NCBI GenBank assembly: GCA_963700635.1
Contig: CAVOYH010000003.1
Span: 160,001 to 224,000, forward strand
Source of the DNA: an uncultured Bacteroidota bacterium
GTDB taxonomy: Bacteria > Bacteroidota > Ignavibacteria > UBA10030 > UBA6906
Length of the DNA stretch: 64,000 bases
Direction of reading: 5' to 3'
Under the pieces are notes generated by a model. The model did not search any database. It was not told where the DNA came from and was given only the letters and a program-made list of their open reading frames with translations. Made by a program: the position numbers and the translations under genes. This document shows positions 59,118-64,000 of the stretch, in pieces (the first letter of the stretch is position 1; each line of letters begins with the position of its first letter).

Positions 59118-60478
59118 CGTGGTGCCCTCCAGACCGGCAAGAATATCGTGAATGTTGTCCCCTTCGCCTCTTCACTTTCGACCCGGATTTCGCCTTTATG
59201 CTGGGCGATGATTTTGCTGCAGATCGCAAGGCCCAGTCCGGTTCCCTTTTCCCCTTTTGTGCTGAAAAACGGTTTGAATATTTTTTCCTGAAGATCTTTC
59301 GCAATGCCGTGTCCGGTGTCGGAGAAACTGACACACACATGGAATCCCGTCAGTGTTGAGGACACGCCGATCGTTCCTCCTCCAGGCATCGCGTCGCGCG
59401 CATTGATGAGCAAATTAAGAAACACCTGCTGGAGATAGTTGGCATTCCCCCCGACGGCAGGAAGATCCTGTGCAAGTTTTTGTTCGATGGTGATCCCGTT
59501 TCCCTCGAATTCATGCTGCACCATCATCACAATGTCTTCGATCGCTCTATTGACGTCAATCGGCTCCGTGACGACCTCCTCGGATGCGTTCCGGGAGAAG
59601 TTCATGAGGCGGAGAGTGATGTCGGAAAGCCGTTTTACCTGTTTGCTGAACATCTCGATCCAATTGGGCAGGGGTCGGCCGGCCTGTACAAGTTCGAGAT
59701 GGAGCATCAGCACCTGCAGGGGATTTTTGATTTCATGGGCGATCCCCGCGGCCAGCTCGCCGATAGCGGCCAGTTTTGCTGCCTGTACCATTTGCGCCTG
59801 CGACGCCTTGAGTTCGTCGTTTGCCTTCAGGAGCTGCTGATATGTTCTCCAGTTTTCCACGCCCACCGCGGCCTGGTTGGCAAGCACCGACAGGAGCTGG
59901 ATGTCCTGATTCGAAAACTCCTGCTGGGGTTTTTCGGTGTGGATGATGAAGACCCCGATGCCCTGGCTTCGCAGGATCAGGGGCACGATCACAAAATTTC
60001 GCGCGCTGCTCTTCGCCAGCATATGTTCCAGGTCCGGGATGATGACCGTCTTCTTTTCCGAGATCACCCAATCCACGATCCCTGCCTCCAGCTGGTGTTC
60101 CGCCTCGGCCTGAAGCCGGGGTGCGCTTTTTGACGAAAGAGGCAGCAGGTGTCTGGAAGTTGACTGGAACAGGAAGATGTTACTGTCAAGCACCTGAATC
60201 ACCTGTCGCGCAAGCTCGAGCAACGCACTGACGATGAGTTCCGGCTCGGTTGCCGTGCTGATGATATTTGACAATCGTTGTGTGGCGACCAGTTCATCGA
60301 TGGAACTACGGATGGCCAGATTGTTCTGGTTAAACTGCACGTTATCCTGCCGCAGGATATCAATTGTTTTTTCGAGCGCCTTGATGTACGTCTCACGGCT
60401 CTCGATGAACTGCTCGAATTGGGGTAGACCCTCTTCAAGGAGCTGCATCCGGTTTTTTTTCTTCGGGACAGATTCCAT
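59114..60478 (-). CDS. Soluble GAF-domain histidine kinase
   Basis: Coiled coil; GAF (IVPL...FSNQDIQLL...ANQAA); H-box AHEIKNPL; NLLINARDA, DTGHG, FFSTK, GTGLGL. Confidence 0.93.
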   Translation of the reverse strand: MESVPKKKNRMQLLEEGLPQFEQFIESRETYIKALEKTIDILRQDNVQFNQNNLAIRSSIDELVATQRLSNIISTATEPELIVSALLELARQVIQVLDSNIFLFQSTSRHLLPLSSKSAPRLQAEAEHQLEAGIVDWVISEKKTVIIPDLEHMLAKSSARNFVIVPLILRSQGIGVFIIHTEKPQQEFSNQDIQLLSVLANQAAVGVENWRTYQQLLKANDELKASQAQMVQAAKLAAIGELAAGIAHEIKNPLQVLMLHLELVQAGRPLPNWIEMFSKQVKRLSDITLRLMNFSRNASEEVVTEPIDVNRAIEDIVMMVQHEFEGNGITIEQKLAQDLPAVGGNANYLQQVFLNLLINARDAMPGGGTIGVSSTLTGFHVCVSFSDTGHGIAKDLQEKIFKPFFSTKGEKGTGLGLAICSKIIAQHKGEIRVESEEAKGTTFTIFLPVWRAPR

Positions 60479-60492
60479 GGTCGTCGTAATGA

Positions 60493-61368
60493 CTACCCCC
60501 CTCCTGATTGGCCAAACTGGGTAACCGCTGCCAGGTCCGTTTTGACCAGCGCATGGTAGTTTTCTACGTATTCCTGAAGCACCTTGGGATCGTTGAGCTG
60601 GAGGTGTTCCAGCGCCCAGGGACTAAAGTCAGCGCCTTTGTCAAATTCCATAGGTTGTACATCCATGCGCCAGGAGAAGATATCAGCACAGTGAATGATC
60701 GCGACCAGGTCCTTGTTCTTTTCGGCCCGGTCGGGAGTATGATGCATGTTGATTGCCTCCACCAGATGGTCGGGAAGATTCCATCGCTCGGCCAGCCATC
60801 CCCCGACTTCCGCGTGTGTCACTCCCAGAACACTCTCTTCGGCTTCCAGCGCCGTCAGGTCCGTCTCATGAATGATTTCCGTGATCCGTTTGTATTCATT
60901 CTTAAAGTACCGGTGGAGCACGGAGATCCCCATATCGTGCAGGAGCCCTCCCACAAACACTTCGCCGGACACCCGGTATCCCAGATCGCGGGCCAGGCGC
61001 CGGGCCAGCACACCGCACATGATGGCATGGTCCCAGAACCCTTTGGCGTTGAACATTGCATCCGACTTCCTCTGTAACGAACTCACGAGGGAGATGCTGA
61101 TCACGATCTCCTTCAACGCATCATACCCAAGCACAATAATGGCAAAGTCGATCGTCGAGATCTTCCTGGGAAATCCATAGAATGGCGAATTGGCAATTTT
61201 AAGTACTTTTGCCGTTAACGCCTGATCCGTCGAAATGAGTTTCCCCAACCTGGACGCACTGGTTTTGGGATTATCGACAAGCTCGACGAGTTCCATTGCA
61301 ATCGTAGGCAGAGCAGGGAGTTGAATAATGCTCTGCACTCTTTCTTTGATGATTTCCGATGACATCAT
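60493..61368 (-). CDS. HDOD domain protein
   Basis: LPALP, DQALTAKVLKIANSPFYG, FWDHA, LLHDMG, HAEVGGWLAERWNLP...HH. Confidence 0.93.
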   Translation of the reverse strand: MMSSEIIKERVQSIIQLPALPTIAMELVELVDNPKTSASRLGKLISTDQALTAKVLKIANSPFYGFPRKISTIDFAIIVLGYDALKEIVISISLVSSLQRKSDAMFNAKGFWDHAIMCGVLARRLARDLGYRVSGEVFVGGLLHDMGISVLHRYFKNEYKRITEIIHETDLTALEAEESVLGVTHAEVGGWLAERWNLPDHLVEAINMHHTPDRAEKNKDLVAIIHCADIFSWRMDVQPMEFDKGADFSPWALEHLQLNDPKVLQEYVENYHALVKTDLAAVTQFGQSGGG

Positions 61369-61386
61369 GTCGTCATTGTTCTCCCG

Positions 61387-62433
61387 TTACAGACAATCAT
61401 GGATAGTGGCCGCCAGGGTTGACAGAGCGACGTCATGCAACCGGTACACGTCTTCCTCCGTGGTCCCCATAAGGTGCGCGACTTCGCCGATGGCCAGCCC
61501 TTCCTGGTAGCAAAGGGCAAGTGTAAGACGTTCCTTGTATGGCAGCGCGCCGATTGCTTCCACCAGCGATTGTTTCAGCGCCGCGACCAGCCGGTCGAAT
61601 GCCGGGGCCTCCGCCATCCCTTCCTGAATACGTATCGTATCATCCTGCAGCCGGGGGGGCGTCAGATCGTCCTCGGTTAACCCCAGGAGCGTCAACGCAG
61701 TCTGGTCATACGCCTGTTCGGCGTCGGCCTCATACCTGCCGACATCCATACGGCGGCAGAGGATATCCGCAATGTGCACCGTCGCGACAAGGTATGGATC
61801 ATACACGGCGTTGGCCGGATGATGGTGATACCGGACCGCTTCCACGATGCGATCTCCCAGACCCCATTGTTCCGCAAGCCAGGAGCCGATTTCTCCGTGA
61901 TGTTCCACCACGGTTTGCGGGTCTTCCGGCGCGAGGTTCCAACGGATATGACCTTCACGCTGTTCTGCAGGGGAGATCATGCCGATATCGTGGAAGAGTC
62001 CCGCCACAAAAGCGTCATTCTCATGCACAGGCGGATACTTCCGGGCCAGGACTCGCGCCACAAGGCCGCAGGCGATAGAGTGGTTCCAGAACTCTCCATA
62101 CTGCGTGAACAAATCAACGATTGTACGGAATGCTCCTGTCACCACCATACGCATGACCGTATCCCGTAACGCATCAAATCCCAGCATGGTGACGGCATGT
62201 GGCACTGTTTCCACACGCGCCGGGATACCAAGGGAGGGCGAATTGGCAATCCGCAGCACGCGTTCGCTCAGTCCGCGATCGGATGACACGATGGCTCCAA
62301 GTTGCGCCACGCTTGATGCGGGATTCCGCATCACCCCGAGCAGTTCCGTCACCAGCGCTGAACGATCACGGTGCGGCGCTACAGACGTGAGCGAGGACTG
62401 CTCTAATACCGCCAGGCGTGTCTGACGAGTCAT
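61387..62433 (-). CDS. HDOD domain fused to a C-terminal sigma70 region-4-like domain
   Basis: VLRIANSP, FWNHS, FHDIG, RYHH; tail LVEAIGALPYKERLTLALCYQEGLAIGEVAHLMG; ATGA overlap with the upstream gene. Confidence 0.85.
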   Translation of the reverse strand: MTRQTRLAVLEQSSLTSVAPHRDRSALVTELLGVMRNPASSVAQLGAIVSSDRGLSERVLRIANSPSLGIPARVETVPHAVTMLGFDALRDTVMRMVVTGAFRTIVDLFTQYGEFWNHSIACGLVARVLARKYPPVHENDAFVAGLFHDIGMISPAEQREGHIRWNLAPEDPQTVVEHHGEIGSWLAEQWGLGDRIVEAVRYHHHPANAVYDPYLVATVHIADILCRRMDVGRYEADAEQAYDQTALTLLGLTEDDLTPPRLQDDTIRIQEGMAEAPAFDRLVAALKQSLVEAIGALPYKERLTLALCYQEGLAIGEVAHLMGTTEEDVYRLHDVALSTLAATIHDCL

Positions 62434-63509
62434 GACCACTCTCCGAATTCCGCGAGCATCGTTGTAAACCTCTGGAGTGCGTGCCCATGCATAAGTACAA
62501 CATGGTCCCGCGTTGTCCCCAGGACGCCCGCAATGCCTGCCAGCGAAAGGCCTTCAAAGTAGTGCAACGCCAACAAAAAACGCTCCTGCTCTTCCAGGTC
62601 TTCAAATGTATTGATCAGATTTTCCTTGACCACACTGACTTTTAATTGTAGTGCCGGTGCGCGATGCAGGACTCGTTCCTCCAGCGAGCACATCCGATGC
62701 TCCATCGATTCTGATGCGCATCCCGACAGTAACCCGAGTGTGTCACAGGCGCTCCGGGAGAAGGCCATTTCCGGCTCTTGCCCCATGGGGCCTCCGAACA
62801 GACGATGGCAGATGACATCGGCAACATGGACCACGGCGGCAAGCACAGGATTCTGCTCGGTGCCGGTCGGCCCGTGGTGATGACGTACTGCATCACGTAA
62901 GTCCGCATCAAGAGTCTCCCAGCGATCCAGCATCCATGATCCGGCTTCTTCATGCATTCCTTCAGGGGTCAGGAGATTCGGACGGCGATGATCGTATTCG
63001 GGTCTCCAATCCAGAAGCCCCTCCACTTCGGGAGAAGGCAGATCGTCACCCAGGAACAGGAATCCGATATCATGAACGAGCCCGGCGACAAATGCCCGGT
63101 CTCTCTCCCGGCAGCCTGTCTCTGCGGCAACAGCCCGTGCAACAAGCCCGCACATCAGCGAATGATCCCAAAGGTCTTCGCAGTAGTGGAAGCTGTTGAC
63201 AATATGCCGCGTTGCCCTGCTGGCAACCGCCCACTTCACGGTGTCCCGGATGGACTGCGAGCCGAGCAGGCCGAGGGCAAGGTTGACATCCCGTACCTGA
63301 CCCGGGAGGCCGAACGCGGTATTTGCCGACAGAGAGAGCGAACGCATAAGAATCGGATTCCATCCAATCACCGCTGCCAGGCGCGAGACGGGTGTCAGCG
63401 GATCGTTGACAAGCGCGACCACATACTCGAGCACCCTGGCCTTAAACGGAAATGCGGCTCCCGTCTCCAGGGCGCGATGTTCAAACTCATCAACAATGGG
63501 CATCCGCAT
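62430..63509 (-). CDS. HDOD domain fused to a C-terminal sigma70 region-4-like domain
   Basis: Start moved to ATG 63509, just after the fliA stop; LWDHS, VHDIG, RHHH; tail LEEQERFLLALHYFEGLSLAGIAGVLG. Confidence 0.85.
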   Translation of the reverse strand: MRMPIVDEFEHRALETGAAFPFKARVLEYVVALVNDPLTPVSRLAAVIGWNPILMRSLSLSANTAFGLPGQVRDVNLALGLLGSQSIRDTVKWAVASRATRHIVNSFHYCEDLWDHSLMCGLVARAVAAETGCRERDRAFVAGLVHDIGFLFLGDDLPSPEVEGLLDWRPEYDHRRPNLLTPEGMHEEAGSWMLDRWETLDADLRDAVRHHHGPTGTEQNPVLAAVVHVADVICHRLFGGPMGQEPEMAFSRSACDTLGLLSGCASESMEHRMCSLEERVLHRAPALQLKVSVVKENLINTFEDLEEQERFLLALHYFEGLSLAGIAGVLGTTRDHVVLMHGHALQRFTTMLAEFGEWS

Positions 63510-63513
63510 GCTC

Positions 63514-64000
63514 TTATGCCTCCATGGCGACAAGTCTGGTCCGGAGCTGGCGCAACACTTCGGAATGTATCTGCGATATGCGCCCTTCTGAGATATCAAG
63601 AACCTTTGCGATCTCCGTAAATTTTAGACCTTCGTAGTAGTACAGCGCAATGACGGTGCGGTCGCGCTCCGGCAGCCGCTCGACGGCCTCCAGCAGGATG
63701 GCGCGGGTTTCTTGCTCGCTGAGACGGTCGAATGGACTTGGCCCGTCGGATGGTGTCTCATCCAGCGCTTCTGCACTGTCGCTCCCGCCTCCGGCGCCGG
63801 CCTCGCGCGAAGGAGCTACAGACCCGGTGCCGATGAGCTCATAGTATTCCTCCAGGGTGATTTCGAGCTTCCCGGCTATTTCTGCGTCAAGAGGTTCTCT
63901 CCCGTTCTGCTGCATAACCTGATGGGCGGCTTTGCCCACCTTCCGCGATGTCTCACGCACCGACCGGGGGACCCAGTCGAGTTTACGCATCTCGTCGAGA
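63514..64000 (-). CDS. fliA: Flagellar sigma factor sigma-28 (5' part outside window)
   Basis: LDEMRKLDWVPRS and LPERDRTVIALYYYEGL...EIAKVLDISEGRISQIH. Confidence 0.92.
   Translation of the reverse strand, partial: LDEMRKLDWVPRSVRETSRKVGKAAHQVMQQNGREPLDAEIAGKLEITLEEYYELIGTGSVAPSREAGAGGGSDSAEALDETPSDGPSPFDRLSEQETRAILLEAVERLPERDRTVIALYYYEGLKFTEIAKVLDISEGRISQIHSEVLRQLRTRLVAMEA

Noticed and set aside
44785-64000. Internal sigma-28 promoters
   Set aside because: No convincing TAAA-N15-GCCGATAA found upstream of flgK, flgN or motA on the coding strand.
1-64000. CRISPR arrays, rRNA/tRNA, transposases, prophage or defence genes
   Set aside because: None recognised; nearly all sequence is accounted for by the listed genes and the intergenic gaps are short.

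Overview
High-GC bacterial window, most likely from an FCB-group (Ignavibacteria-like) organism. The evidence is type IX secretion (T9SS) C-terminal sorting domains, PorV-like barrels, Gln after many signal peptides, and E. coli-like sigma70 promoters. There are four blocks. (1) 1-16 kb: a surface-protein locus with no SusD gene, containing a TonB-dependent receptor, four T9SS-type cargo proteins, two convergent PorV-like paralogs and an exported D-Ala-D-Ala dipeptidase. (2) 16-35 kb: envelope, proteolysis and housekeeping genes (SSS transporter, short asparaginase, Lia-like pair, alpha-2-macroglobulin, pbpC, papain-type protease, Zn protease, ppk2, udk). (3) 35-45 kb: divergent argD / argCJBRGH cluster with tandem ARG boxes, then nfnAB-like genes. 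(4) 45-64 kb: a roughly 19 kb minus-strand flagellar run from fliA to a degenerate HD-GYP regulator, with two stator sets. The best candidate for a new system is fliA followed directly by two HDOD proteins, each fused to a FliA-like sigma region 4 with an altered recognition helix, then a plain HDOD protein and a GAF kinase, with no flgM at its usual position. FlgL also carries an insert resembling the hook (FlgE) D2 domain. Three genes are split by single-base frameshifts, probably assembly errors. No rRNA, tRNA, CRISPR array or mobile element was recognised. All family calls are by eye from motifs; no database search was run.
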